DNA of 64,000 nucleotides from Chiloscyllium plagiosum (taxonomy: Eukaryota), in NCBI RefSeq assembly GCF_004010195.1, contig NC_057718.1, positions 40,006,101-40,070,100 on the forward strand, read 5' to 3'. The translations under genes were made by a program, and so were the position numbers. Under the pieces are notes generated by a model. The model saw only the letters and a program-made list of their open reading frames with translations. It was not told where the DNA came from and did not search any database. Below, in pieces: positions 52,595 to 64,000 of this stretch; the first letter of the stretch is position 1, and every line of letters starts with the position of its first letter.

Positions 52595-53780
52595 AGAGTT
52601 TTTACAGCACAGAAAGACACCCCTTTGGTCCATTGTGTCTGTACCAATCATCAGGTATCTAATATTCTAATCTCATTTTCTAGTATTTGGTCTTGTGTGC
52701 TATGATGTTTCAAATAAAGTGTCTAGAGGGTTCCTGCCATTTACCACCATTTTTGAGGTAGTGAGTTCTCTGGGTGAAATAATTTTCCCTCCAACCCATT
52801 CTGAACCTCCTATTCCTTAACTTAAAACAGGGTCCCCTGGTTAATGACTAAGAGAAACAGTTTCCCTGTCTGTGACCCTCCAGTTTGTACATCTCAATCA
52901 GATCCCCCTTCAGCTGTCTCTGCTCTGAGGAAAACAACCCTAGCCTATCTGGACGCTCTTCATAGCTGCATTGCTCCATCTTGGTAAATCTTCTCTGCAA
53001 CCTCTCCAGTACAGTCACATCTTTCCTGTAGTGTGTTGACCAGTATTCCAACTTTGACCTAACTTTGTATAGAACTTCATCATAACCTCATTGTTCTTGT
53101 TTTCAATGTCTCGACTAATGAAGATATATGCCACCTAATCACTATGTCTACCTGTCACACTGCATTCAAGGATCTATGGACTAGACACCAAGACCCCTCT
53201 GATCTTCTGTGCTTCCCAGGATCATTCCACCCACCAAGTATTCCCTTGCTGTATTAGTCCTCCCAAAGTGTGCCACCCCACACCTTTTCAGGATGCAATT
53301 CCATTTGCCATCGTTCAGCCCTCTGACTACCACATCTATATTGTCCTGTAGTCTAAGGCTTTTCTCCTTGCTATTTTAACAGCCCATCAATTTTTGTACT
53401 ATCTACAAATGTTTAAATCATTAGTGTATACAACAAATAGGAGACCCAGGACTGAGCCACTGGATACAATGGTAACATAACACCCTTCAACCATCACCCT
53501 CTGCTTCTTCCCATAAACGAATTTTTGATTCAATTAGCCAGATTGCTCTGGATACAGTAGGCTCTTAGTTTCTTAACTAGCTTGCCATCTGTGATCTTGA
53601 TCCAAGCTTTATTAAAGTACAAGTAAACTACATCAACTGTACTATCTTCATGTATACACCTAGTCACCACCTTGAAAAATTCAATCATATTTGTTAGACA
53701 TGATCTCCCTTGACAGAGCCATGCTGACTTCCTTTGATTAATCCTTGTGTGTTCAAGTGAAAATTAATTCTGTCCCTGAG
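52595..53780 (-). mobile_element. Old CR1 fragment
   Basis: ORF 52848-53051 (YRKDVTVLERLQRRFTKM, LKGDLIE). Confidence 0.82.
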
Positions 53781-53799
53781 AATCTAGGGTTTTCTGTTT

Positions 53800-54570
53800 T
53801 ATTTGTCAGGCTTGATGACAGACATGAAAATTGCAGAAAATATGGAAAGTTGAAGTTACCTTAGAGGAACAGATGTGCAATGTATTTCTTAAATGATGAG
53901 AAGCTGGAAAATATAGCTATGCAAAGGGATTTGTGTGTTCCTGTTGTCAAGCCCCTGAAGGCTAACATCTAGATGTGATAAAAAATTAAGAAAGCTAATA
54001 CAATATCTGCCTATATCGCAAAGGGATTTGAGGAAAAGAGTAGAGAAGTCTTTCTTCAATTGAATAAAAGTCCGGTGAGACTACACCGAGAATAATGTGC
54101 ACGCTTTTGGTTGTCTTACCTGGGGAAAGATAATACGCCATAGAGGGAGCACAATGAATGCTCACCAGCCTTGTTCCTGGGGTGATGGAAATGTTCTATG
54201 AACAGGATATTGGGTTAATTGAGCCTGAATTTTCTAGAGTTTCAAAGAATGACAGATGTTCTCATTGAAACCTACAAAATACTTCGAAAGATAGACAGTA
54301 TAGATGCTTGCCTTTTTGGAGAGTCTGGAACCAGGGGATATAATTTGAAAATAAGTGAAAAACCATTTAGGATCAAGATGGAGAAATTTCTTACTCAGAA
54401 CATCGTGAATCTTTTGGATTTCTGAATTGCAGAGCTCAAACTTAGAGAAGATAGATTTATGACTATTCGTGGTATGCTGGATTATGACAATAGTGTATGT
54501 AAAAGAGATTAACACATCAAACAGGCACGAATATATTAAAGGGTCAAGTAGACTTGGCTGGCTGAAAGAC
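53800..54570 (+). mobile_element. Old CR1 fragment
   Basis: ORF 54219-54425 (LIETYKIL, SGTRGYNLKI). Confidence 0.78.
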
Positions 54571-54827
54571 CCAGTCAGTCGTATTTTCTACCACCATTTC
54601 TAATTTTTTATGCTGACTTTGGGCTTGTTATCTAAAGATCTTAGGCCATCGAATCCTCTGGGGCATTTCCACACTTAACAGTGTAGCCACATTCGAAATG
54701 TTTGTACAAAATGTTTATTTTAGCTTTTTAAAATAACATGCGGTTACTAAATCCATGAAAGTGTTTAACTGACTCTAGATTCTGATGCATTTACAATTGA
54801 AGACCAGCATCAGTACAACATGAAAGA

Positions 54828-55489
54828 ACGTTAAAAACCGAAAAAACCTCAGATGCTGGAATTCAGAAACAGAAATTGCTGGGAAAGCTCAGTAGGTCTG
54901 GCAACATCTCTGGGGAGAAATCAGAGTTAATGTTTCAGGTCCAGCAATTCATCCCCTTTGTCTGATTGTTATCTACTCCTTTGTCTGTCCAACTGTCCAT
55001 CTCTCTCTTTGGGCTCTATCTCCACCTATCGTCCACTCCTTACCCCTTCTTCTCCCCCACCCCCCCACCATCTTAGATTAGATTAGATTAGATTAGATTA
55101 GATTAGATTATTTACAGTGTGGAAACAGGCCCTTCGGCCCAACAAGTCCACACCGACCCGGCGAAGCGCAAGCTACCCAGACCCATTCCCCTACATTTAC
55201 CCCTTCACCTAACACTACAGGCAATTTAGCATGGCCAATTCACCTAACCTGCACATTTTTGGATTGTGGGAGGAAACCCACGCAGACACTGGGAGAATGT
55301 GCAAACTCCGCACAGGGAGTCGCCTGAGGTGGGAATAGAACCCGGGTCTCTGGCGCTGTGAGGCAGCAGTGCTAACCACTGTGCCACCGTGCTGCCCAAT
55401 TTTCTGCATTAAAAAAACAATATTTTCCTAGTTGCCATCAGTTCTAAGGAAGGGTTACTGGACTTGAAACATTAACTCTGATTTCTCTC
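54828..55489. mobile_element. PLE terminal insertion with inversion, hosting an HE1 SINE
   Basis: 9-bp TSD catgaaaga (54819-54827 / 55490-55498); degenerate hammerhead at 55440-55477. Confidence 0.78.
55073..55397 (-). mobile_element. HE1-type SINE with expanded (TAATC)n tail
   Basis: About 7 tail units; intact head. Confidence 0.92.
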
Positions 55490-55672
55490 CATGAAAGAGT
55501 GTTGCTTCACTATTGCTACAGCTTTAGCTTAACAAACTCGAACTTAAATATTACAAAGCAACATAGTCATTCTAGTGAAATATGCTATGGTAAACCTATT
55601 AATTTCTTGTTAAAATTGTTCCAGTTATATGGGCTGTAACTAATTTAATGTTTTGTTTTCTTTTTCCTATAG

Positions 55673-55737
55673 ATAAAGAACACAACTGGGAAGATGAAGA
55701 CTGGGGAGCATGGGAGGATGGTGAATTGAAAGAACCT
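55673..55737 (+). CDS. RAB3GAP2: RAB3GAP2 coding exon 2 (65 nt)
   Basis: Polypyrimidine tract + tag acceptor; (D)KEHNWEDEDWGAWEDGELKEP matches the WEDDGWGAWEE motif; phase 1 in, phase 0 out; donor gtacga. Confidence 0.95.
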
Positions 55738-58414
55738 GTACGACCAAATTGTTCTTTTTGTGTTTTTGTATTTAAATTGTTAATTTACATTTTGTTGAGC
55801 CTTGTGGGATTAGTGACAGGAATTAGTTTGGTGAAAGAATTGGTTCCAGATATTTTGTAATCAATCTGTTCAGAGATGTAATAAATATTCTGGAGTAGGT
55901 GAGGCTTGAATCTGGGCCTTTTAGCCCAGAGGTAGGGAGACTACCACTGCACCCCAACAGCCCTGAGGAAACTATTGTATACACATATTTTAAATGCTTT
56001 CATAGTCTAGAATATGCAAGAATTGCCACCTTCTGATCTAATGAGTAGAAACTTGGAGTGAATGAGATTTAGTTTATTGCATTTCAGTAATTATTTACAG
56101 ATTATACAAATAAGCTGTACATTAGGAAAGTGACTGGAGGACCAGCATTCAAACTGTCTCCCACAAAATCCTACTTTTCTTTGTCACCAAGTCCTCATGA
56201 CGCTATCAAAGTAGGTGGTGCTTATTGCACTCAAATCAATTATTAACTCCTTCATTTACTTCTGCACCAAGTTTTTTTGATGGCTATTATTGTTATATGT
56301 TTGTTTATATAATTATACTTATCACTAATGTATCTCCTCTAAGTGTTGTGTTTTACAACTCAAATGAACTGAAAGCTTTACTATTCAACATCTCTCAGGA
56401 TTTGGAAGAATAACACTTTTGGTAGAGGGTAGTTATCTGAGGTTCATTTTCTGAACTGGAGGATCTCTAAACTCTTATATTTCTTTCACTGAGAATATCA
56501 TCTCTGCTAGAACAGCCCCTATTTTCTTTGTAGTATTTTGAATCTTTAGGCATTGCTTGTCTCCTCTTAGTGTTGCCTTCCAAGGAATGGTATGAATGTC
56601 TTGAATTTCTTCAGTGGAGTTTTCTTCTTGATCCTTCCACATTTACTTCCACTTGTTAATTAGTTTGGCCTTCCTTGTTTGCTCTCAGTAATTGAACTAT
56701 AGGTGAGACTAACTTGTGCACTTCCTCAGTTGTGTTATTTGAAGATTCCTTCATGCTTTTGAAGTGATATCCAGTATGGTTTTTGAAGATTCTTCTTTGG
56801 AAGATGGGGAGATCAGATATTTTATTTTGACTTCTCCCTTCCTAATCATCTTGGTATCTAATGTGTAATTTGCATCTATCATGCCTAGTTCTTAACAGCG
56901 CCATGTTGAAATCTGACTGAATACAATTACGGATGTTTCATTTGTCTTGAATTAAGCATACTGTTCAGTTGCTGTCTCTTTGCTTATCTATCTTCTCAAA
57001 GTTTGTTGCTCTTTCCACTTTTGATAGCAGTGGAAAATATTTCTGCCAAACCTGCATAGTTACCACCTTCTATCTTGCTGGCATTTATATTTAAAACAAA
57101 ACTTTCAACATAACCTCAGATTTTCTTTTTATTTAGATTTTGCTATGACATAATGGAGCCCTAAGAAATCTTCTGACTGTGTGTTCCTTGACCACCTCTG
57201 TTGCTTAAACTCTTCAGGTTTTTGAATAAGATTGACATCAATGCGTACCTTTTATATTTAGGGGTGAAAATGACTAGTTCTGAAGTGCACACAGGTTTTC
57301 TAGAATTTGGTCTTCTCTGTATTGGAAATTTGCTTCTTGCATGTTTTAACATTAAGTGTCCTGCCCCGACTATGTATTTGAATGTATCTTGAATGTAAAC
57401 AGTTTCTTTTTGATCAAAACTCACTATATCATAATACTTTAACACTTGCTGTGTACAGCTTGAAATTTGTGACTTTGCCCATTACGTACATGTCAGCGTG
57501 CCAAAATGATTGCGCTGGGCCATTGAATTCCCTTCAGAAACTTTGATTTTGACTTCTACTAGAAACTTTTCTATTTTATTTACTTCTTTGTGTGGGTAGT
57601 TCAGTTTTTTTTAACATTCCTCTGTGTTTGTATCCTGATTTGGCGCATTTTATGAAAGTGACATTCTTTTTAAAAGCAAATGCTTTTACTGTAATAGCTG
57701 GGAACTCTTGCCTTGCGACGTTGCTTTGCACAGTGTTTGTATGAACTCTGTCTGGTGCAAGTCCTCCACTGCATTGGTTTTTGTGTGTCTCTTTATCATT
57801 TTAATAGAGCCCAATGTTGTATGTGAAATGGATAACAGCATATGTGTTAGCTGATTTATCTGTTTGTGCATGTTTGTTGATTTTGCATTGATAAAGCACA
57901 AGTTATAAAAAGTGAAATATTGTGCATTAGTTTCTGGTTGGATTCCTTTGTTAAATTAGGTTCTTTTGGCTTATTGGTCTTCACTGGGATCATGTGTGGT
58001 AGGTAAGTAAACTTCTCATGGCAAATTTTTAAACACAACCTGTTTTAGTCTACTCACCCTTGAAGCACCCTGATCATTGTTAATTATTGCCAGTCAATCT
58101 CTATCGCTGAAAATTAAGTCAAGTTTGGAGTACATTCCTTTAACTTTTAATTGGTGAAGATTTTAAAGGAAGTAAATTTATCTTGTTTTACCTTTTTATT
58201 ACTTACACTCCTGTCCTCGTAATCCAACATTTATTCATTTTCTTCATTTCTCTTTCTGTACCAGATTTGACATTGAATTCACCTGTTATTATAAGTGATT
58301 TCTGCTTGGTCCTTGCACTGTTACTTTCACAATTCTTTTGATCTGACTTGTTAAGGTGAGACATGGTAATAAAATATGGACTATCAGTTTTTGACTTTCA
58401 TCATCTGATTTTAA

Positions 58415-58725
58415 TCATAGAATTCCCACAGTGTGGAAGCAGGCCATTTGGTTCAGAATCCACAAGCTGACCCTGCAAACACCATCCCACCCAGACCCTC
58501 CCCTCTACCCTACCACTGTAACTCTGTATTTCCCATGGCTAATCCACCTAACTTACACATCCCTTGACACTATGGGCAATTTGGCATGGCCAATCCACTT
58601 AACCTGCATATCTTTGGATTACTGGAGGAAACCCATGCAAATCTGGGGAGAATGTTGCCTGAGGGTGGAAATGAACTCGGGTCCCTGGCAATTAGGCAGA
58701 GACCGCCACCAGACTGAGCCACCAG
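58415..58725 (-). mobile_element. Degenerate HE1-type SINE variant
   Basis: ORF 58431-58799 carries the SINE-derived GNLAWPIHLTC motif. Confidence 0.82.
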
Positions 58726-59391
58726 ACCGCCCCTTTAATGCTTGTGACTTCCATCGACTGAAATGGTTTCAAAGAGGAGGGAAAAAAACACTGACTTAAA
58801 AACGGCTATCGTGATACCCTGACTCCAGGTTGATCTAACCTTCACGAAGCAATCAATAAACAGGAACTAGTCGGAACTCCACATGTTATCCAAGAAACTG
58901 AAATCAATCAATTAGATCTGTACCTCGAATTTGAGTTGGGCTTTCCTTGGGATGAAAAAAGCTCCTGTGATTAATCCACTTGAAAACCAGACACTCTGAT
59001 ATTAGGATACAGAAAACAGCTGTATTTCCAGGAATTTTTTTGGCAAAGATGTGTGATTGATTTGTGACTTGGTAAGGAGGTCTTGTCCTCTCACATATAT
59101 ACACATCCCGTGACACAACTCTGAAGAAACATCCAGTTACTGATGGGTCTGTTTCCGTGCCGAATGAGTCTGACTCTGTACCAAGCCGAGAACACCAATA
59201 TCTGCAGTATTCACAGCTGCCGTTGATCCAGGACGTTTCTAACTATTCGAGGTTTCAGATAAAAGCCTAACACCTTGAGTGCCTTAAGCACTTGAACTAA
59301 CATGTTCTTTATCTTAATTTTTCTACAGGACAGGTAGCAATTTAAAACTTTGTACCTGTTTCTGTAACTTTTATTTCTTGAGGGATAGATA

Positions 59392-59725
59392 AAGTGTCGC
59401 ACTGGAAAAGGCACAGTGGGTCAGGCAGCATCTGAGGAGTAAGAGAGTCGACGTTTCGGGCAGGACCCTTCTTCAGGACTCTGGGTGGGGGTGGGGGCGG
59501 GATTGAGAGATAAATATGGGGAAGTGATGGTGGGGCTAGGGGAAAGGTAGGCAATAGATAGGCGAAGGTATGAGGTGATATATGGTCTGTGGAAAGGGTG
59601 GAGCAGATAGGCGGGAAGGAAGATGGACAGGTAGGTCAGGTCAAGAGGTGGTGCTGAGTTGGAGGGTTGGAACTTGGATGGGGTGGGGGGTGGGGAGATT
59701 TGGAAACTAATGAATTCAAAGTCTA
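59392..59725 (-). mobile_element. PLE terminal fragment carrying the intact hammerhead
   Basis: Similar to 7492-7945 and 49751-50140. Confidence 0.8.
59444..59482 (-). ncRNA. Minimal type I hammerhead ribozyme (PLE-associated), apparently intact
   Basis: Minus strand AGAGUC-CUGAAGA-A-GGG-UCCUG-CCC-GAAAC-GUC-GACUCU: 6-bp stem I, full core, stem II, palindromic ACGU stem III. Confidence 0.75.
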
Positions 59726-60314
59726 TGTCATAAAGTGTGACATTGGAAAAGTTAGCACATAATCAAAACTGTCCTTCCTTTCACTCAAGGAGAACCTTTT
59801 AATTGACTCCTTAACTTGTTTCTAGTATACTAGAATTTACATAATTATTGAATTAAGATATGCAATATAGATCATTGATGGCCAATCAAGGATGTTGAAA
59901 AGAAGGGAGCTAATTCACCCCTATTCCTCTCCTGATAATATCAGTGATTATCTGTCCTTCTTGCTTAGGTTTCAGATGCTGAATTTGCCTTGCTGTGACA
60001 TCGTCAGCCCCTGAATATTTATCAACTTCATATTTTTTTATAATATTAATGGCAAACTCATTTTAGGTGCCCTTTTCTGCAGCAGTTTGTGGGTTTGTGT
60101 CTGCAGATGGAATGTAAAGATAAAAGTTAGCAAATGGTCTTAGTATTTGAGGCTGATATGCTGAGGAAGTGAGTGAGATTACCATCAAAATTATTTGTTT
60201 TGGAGTCAGCTCATTAAACAGCATTGATAATGCAAGTCATCTCTTCATATTATGTAGACATAGACATAAATGCTTTCTCTGTTTCTAATGTTATTAATGC
60301 TATTACATTCTTTT

Positions 60315-60495
60315 TTGGTGGTACGTTAGCCTTTTGCAATACAGAGTGACAGCAACAGTGTGGGTTCAATTTCCACACTAGCTATGGTACCATGAAGGAC
60401 GTTTCCCCCACCTGAGGGATGGTGATTTTCAGGTTAAATCACCACCAGTTGTCCCTCTAATGAGAGAACAGTCAAATGATCTGGGAGGACTTCTT
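60315..60495 (+). mobile_element. Degenerate tRNA-derived SINE-like sequence just upstream of exon 3
   Basis: B-box-like gggttcaatttcc; family not identified. Confidence 0.4.
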
Positions 60496-60552
60496 TCTTT
60501 ATTTTGCTTTTGCTAGTAATACATTTGACTTAAGCACTGAAATCTGTTGCAG

Positions 60553-60676
60553 AGGGAAGATAATTCTACAAGCAAGGCACCCACGTTGTCATGGCTTCAA
60601 GACTGTGTGATCTCACTGTCACCAACAAATGATCTTATGGTGATAGCAAGGAATCAGAAAGCTGTATTTCTAGTCC
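60553..60676 (+). CDS. RAB3GAP2: RAB3GAP2 coding exon 3 (124 nt)
   Basis: cag acceptor; [41 protein letters not shown] matches [29 protein letters not shown]; donor gtaagt; phase 0 in, phase 1 out. Confidence 0.96.
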
Positions 60677-61146
60677 GTAAGTATTAGCCCTTTTATGAAT
60701 ATTTGTTTGCTTACAATTCATGTTTAAAATAATTTTGTGGCTTACGTTTACCTTTATTCGAATATAAAACTGGATAATTCAAAAGCAATACACTTATAGA
60801 TACAGTGGGGGGAAGAACCTCCGAAAATGCTGCAAATATTTACCAGGTCAAGTAACATCTATGGCGGGAGAAAGAGTTTGTTATTTCTTCCCCTCCATGC
60901 ATTTGCCTTCGCTGCCTCCCTATCGAGCCGAATATGTCCTATGTTGCTACCTATTTGGTTCTGATTCATGATTTTGAAGCCTTTCTTCATTCAAAAGGTG
61001 CTCTCTGACCTCCTGAGCATTTCCAACATTTTCTGTTTTTAATTATTGTATAATTTAATTTTGAGATGTGGAGCTCTGCTTGTAAAATGTATGACCTTTG
61101 CAGAAATAGCCTGCTTTCTAATTTATGAATTTTCTTTCTTTCTAAG

Positions 61147-61228
61147 CAAAATGGAAGCCTAATGAAAAGGCTAAAGATGAAATGCAGTATTGTGTTACGT
61201 GGAATGGTATTTTGAGCACTGAAGAAGG
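61147..61228 (+). CDS. RAB3GAP2: RAB3GAP2 coding exon 4 (82 nt); gene continues beyond the window
   Basis: Pyrimidine tract + aag acceptor; (P)KWKPNEKAKDEMQYCVTWNGILSTEE(G) resembles [28 protein letters not shown]; donor gtaggt; phase 1 in, phase 2 out. Confidence 0.94.
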
Positions 61229-62184
61229 GTAGGTATGGTTTAGTGAGAGTGCTTGATTTAATGATGGTATTTTTAATCAGTTTATTCATTTAAATGGATG
61301 AAGTAAAAAAAAACTTATGAATCTTGGAAAGATATTTGTGTAATATATCTTGTGCCAGTATACTTTGTTCAGTTGCCAAATAAATGTTCGTGTGTGAAAA
61401 AAGGATCTGTTGGATTGTGTGTCGATATTCCAATATTATGTGCTGCAAAACCATGAATCATTTGTATTTAACATTATTAATTTCTCCATGCAAATAATTG
61501 CTTATAGGGTGCAATAGAGAAGGAAAAATGCAGATGCCTTGGAGGCTAAATTCAGAGGGATTTCCCTTTAGGATGCCATCATTAAGATGTACTTGATTAG
61601 CAGTGGCCTGAGCAGTTGATTTGATCGTAGAATAATTTGTGACTATGCGATTAAAAAATTATCAAATCCCAGGATGGTGTGAAGAAAAACTCTGTACTTG
61701 CTGAACTGATTTAATGGCATGATAGTGCATGCAGTAGAATACATACAGTTATAAATTTGACTATATTTTAAAATCAATTTACCGTCCACAGGAACTTGTA
61801 AACTTGTAACTTGGAAAAATTTGCACATGGAAAGAAGAGCTGTTTTGCACTTGGTATTGATTTGTTGTGACCTTGGTTGGTTATTTACTTCTATTAAATT
61901 GCATTTTCTGCAGTTATATTTTTAAAATGTAATAAGCTGTATAGCTTTATTTGAATTTTGAATACCATATAATTAATGATCAAGCACGCTGCAGCAAATT
62001 AGAACAAACATATATTATGAGTGAGCAATCTAAAAGGTACTAGGCTGAAACCTGAACTGTATCCTAAGAACTTCATTTCTGGTGTAGTGTGTATAGCTTT
62101 CTATGTGAATATTGCAAGGACTTGCCAATTTTGCAACTCTGAGAATGACTTGCAATTTGAAGCAGCAAACGGAAGGCTGTGAGA

Positions 62185-62910
62185 AGCCTGGGAACTACAG
62201 ACCTATGAGTCTGACCAATGACGTCAAGGTAAATTGTTGGAGGTGATTCTGAAAAGGGTTTGCATGCATTTGGAGAGGCAAGGACTGATTTAAGGATTTG
62301 GATCAGAATTTAAAAGGCATGGTTAGTAAGTTTGCAGATGACACCAAAATTGGTACACTGGGCAGTGAAGAAGGTTATCTAAGATTATGAAGAGATCTTG
62401 ATCAGTTGGGTCAGTGGGCTGAGGAGTGGTAGATGGAGTTTAATTTGGATAAATGTGAAGTATTGCATTTTGGTAAAGCAATTAAGAACAGGACTTCTAC
62501 ATTTAATGGTAAGGCCCTGGGTAGTATTATTGAACAGAGAGACCTATGGGTTCAGGTTCGTAATTCTTTGAAATTTGTGTCACATATAGACAGGGTGGTT
62601 AAGAAGATATTTAGTATGCTTTTCTTTACTGCTCAGACTTTTGAGTATAGGAGTTGGGATGTCATGATGAGGTTGTAAAGGATTTGCTGAGGCCTCTTCT
62701 GGTGGGGAAGTGCCAGTGTTGGACTGGGGTGGAAAACGTCAGAAGTCACATGACACCAGGATTTCACTTGATGAAGGAGCAGGCCTCTGAAAGTCTGTGA
62801 TTTCAAATAAACTTGTTGGACTATTACCTGACGTTGTGTGACTTCTGACTTAAGTCTCTTCTGAAGTACTGTGTGCAGTTCTGGTCACCCTGTTATAGGA
62901 AATATATTAT
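62185..62910 (+). mobile_element. CR1 fragment with a short PLE insert (about 62702-62852)
   Basis: KFADDTKIG, MEFNLDKCEVLHFG; insert flanked by ctcttctg. Confidence 0.85.
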
Positions 62911-63122
62911 AAATATATATTCTCTCCATTTTCACTGGAGAGAAAATGGCAGGAAAGGGCAGCCAGCCAATCTTTTATAGCAGACCATGGAGGTCATGGA
63001 GATGGTGAGCAGCTGAAGTCAGGCACAGGATGTGGATTCATCTTTCACTGCAGGAGAGTACAAATACCAGGTCAGGTGCAGAAACAAGGATGTAGAGGCA
63101 TCCTTGGACATGGTGTCATCAA

Positions 63123-63236
63123 CAGGCTAACGTGAGGACTGCAGATACTGGAGGTCAGAGTCAAGCGTGTGGTGCTGGAAAAGCACAGCCGGTCAGGCAG
63201 CATCTGAGGAGCAGGAGAATCGACATTTCGGGCAAT
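63123..63236 (-). mobile_element. Short PLE-terminal insertion
   Basis: 12-bp TSD tggtgtcatcaa (63111-63122 / 63237-63248); 5' end falls inside hammerhead stem II. Confidence 0.82.
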
Positions 63237-63437
63237 TGGTGTCATCAATAGAGGAGTTTGCCCTCAGTTGACAAGGTGCCATCAGTTCAGTTTATCACTA
63301 ATAAAAAAGAAAGTGTCATAGTATCAGGTGAAATTCCAAAAAGATGATACCTGTAGCTGCCTCTGACATGAGTATGTAAGCCGGAAAAATATAATGATCA
63401 GAGAAGTGCAAGGACTTAAGCTTTCAGTCAACTCAGT

Positions 63438-64000
63438 ACATAGAGTCATAGAAATGTACAGCATGGAAACAGATCCTTCGGTCCAACCCATTCATGCCGA
63501 CCAGATATCTCACCCAATCTAGTCCCACCTGCCAGCACCCAGCCCATATCCCTCCAAACCCTTCCTATTCATATACACATCCAAAAGCCTCTTAAATATT
63601 GCAATTGTACCAGCCTCCACCACTTCATCTGGTAGCTCATTCCATATACGCACCACCCTCTGTGTGAAAAAGTGGCCCCTTAGGTCTCTTTCACATCTTT
63701 CCCCTCTCACCCTAAACCTATGCCCTCTAGTTCTGGACTCCCCGACCGCAGGGAAAAGACTTTGTCTATTTATCCTATCCATGCCCCTCATGATTTTGTA
63801 AACCTCTGTAAGGTCTCCCCTCAACCTCCGACGCTCCAGGGTAAACAGCCCCAGCCTGTTCAGCCTTTCCCTATAGCTCAAATCCTGCAACCCTGGCAAC
63901 ATCCTTGTAAATCTTTTCCGAACACTTTCAAGTTTCACAACTTCTTTCTGATAGGAAGGAGACCAGAATTGCACGCAATATTCCAACAGTGGCCTAACCA
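63438..64000 (-). mobile_element. Young CR1 LINE 3' end, running off the window
   Basis: Uninterrupted 155-aa ORF 63519-63986 (EYCVQFWSP..WNELP); ctatgactcta tail. Confidence 0.93.

Noticed and set aside
58431..58799. Recurrent ORFs with MWKQALRP / GNLAWPIHLTC motifs
   Set aside because: Antisense translations of HE1 SINE copies, not a gene family
1..64000. CRISPR arrays, operons or other prokaryotic systems
   Set aside because: The sequence is eukaryotic; repeats are TE-derived and show no repeat-spacer periodicity
37813..64000. Intronic snoRNA or miRNA (human RAB3GAP2 hosts SNORA36B/miR-664)
   Set aside because: No convincing H/ACA, C/D or pre-miRNA structure seen by eye in these introns

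Overview
Vertebrate genomic DNA, almost certainly a shark (abundant HE1-type SINEs with (TAATC)n tails and CR1/HER1-type LINEs; the species is not determinable). The only host gene I can support is RAB3GAP2 on the + strand: a CpG-island promoter at about 37.5-38.0 kb and coding exons 1-4 (37716-37812, 55673-55737, 60553-60676, 61147-61228) with consistent splice phases. The gene continues past the window end. The rest is mostly transposon debris: CR1, L2, RTE and Rex1/Babar LINEs, SINEs, Gypsy pol relics, LTR-like pieces and many Penelope-like element (PLE) fragments. The most interesting signal is a set of about ten minimal hammerhead-ribozyme motifs (CUGANGA-N-stem II-GAAA-palindromic stem III) carried by several different PLE families. 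Their stems differ in sequence but keep pairing, and one copy looks intact (59444-59482, minus). Several short TSD-flanked insertions begin at the ribozyme. There are also unusual local rearrangements: a 45-bp SINE tail inside a 57-bp duplication, an A-B'-A-B templated duplication, and tandem duplications. All family assignments are by eye and from memory, with no database search; boundaries of old repeats are approximate.
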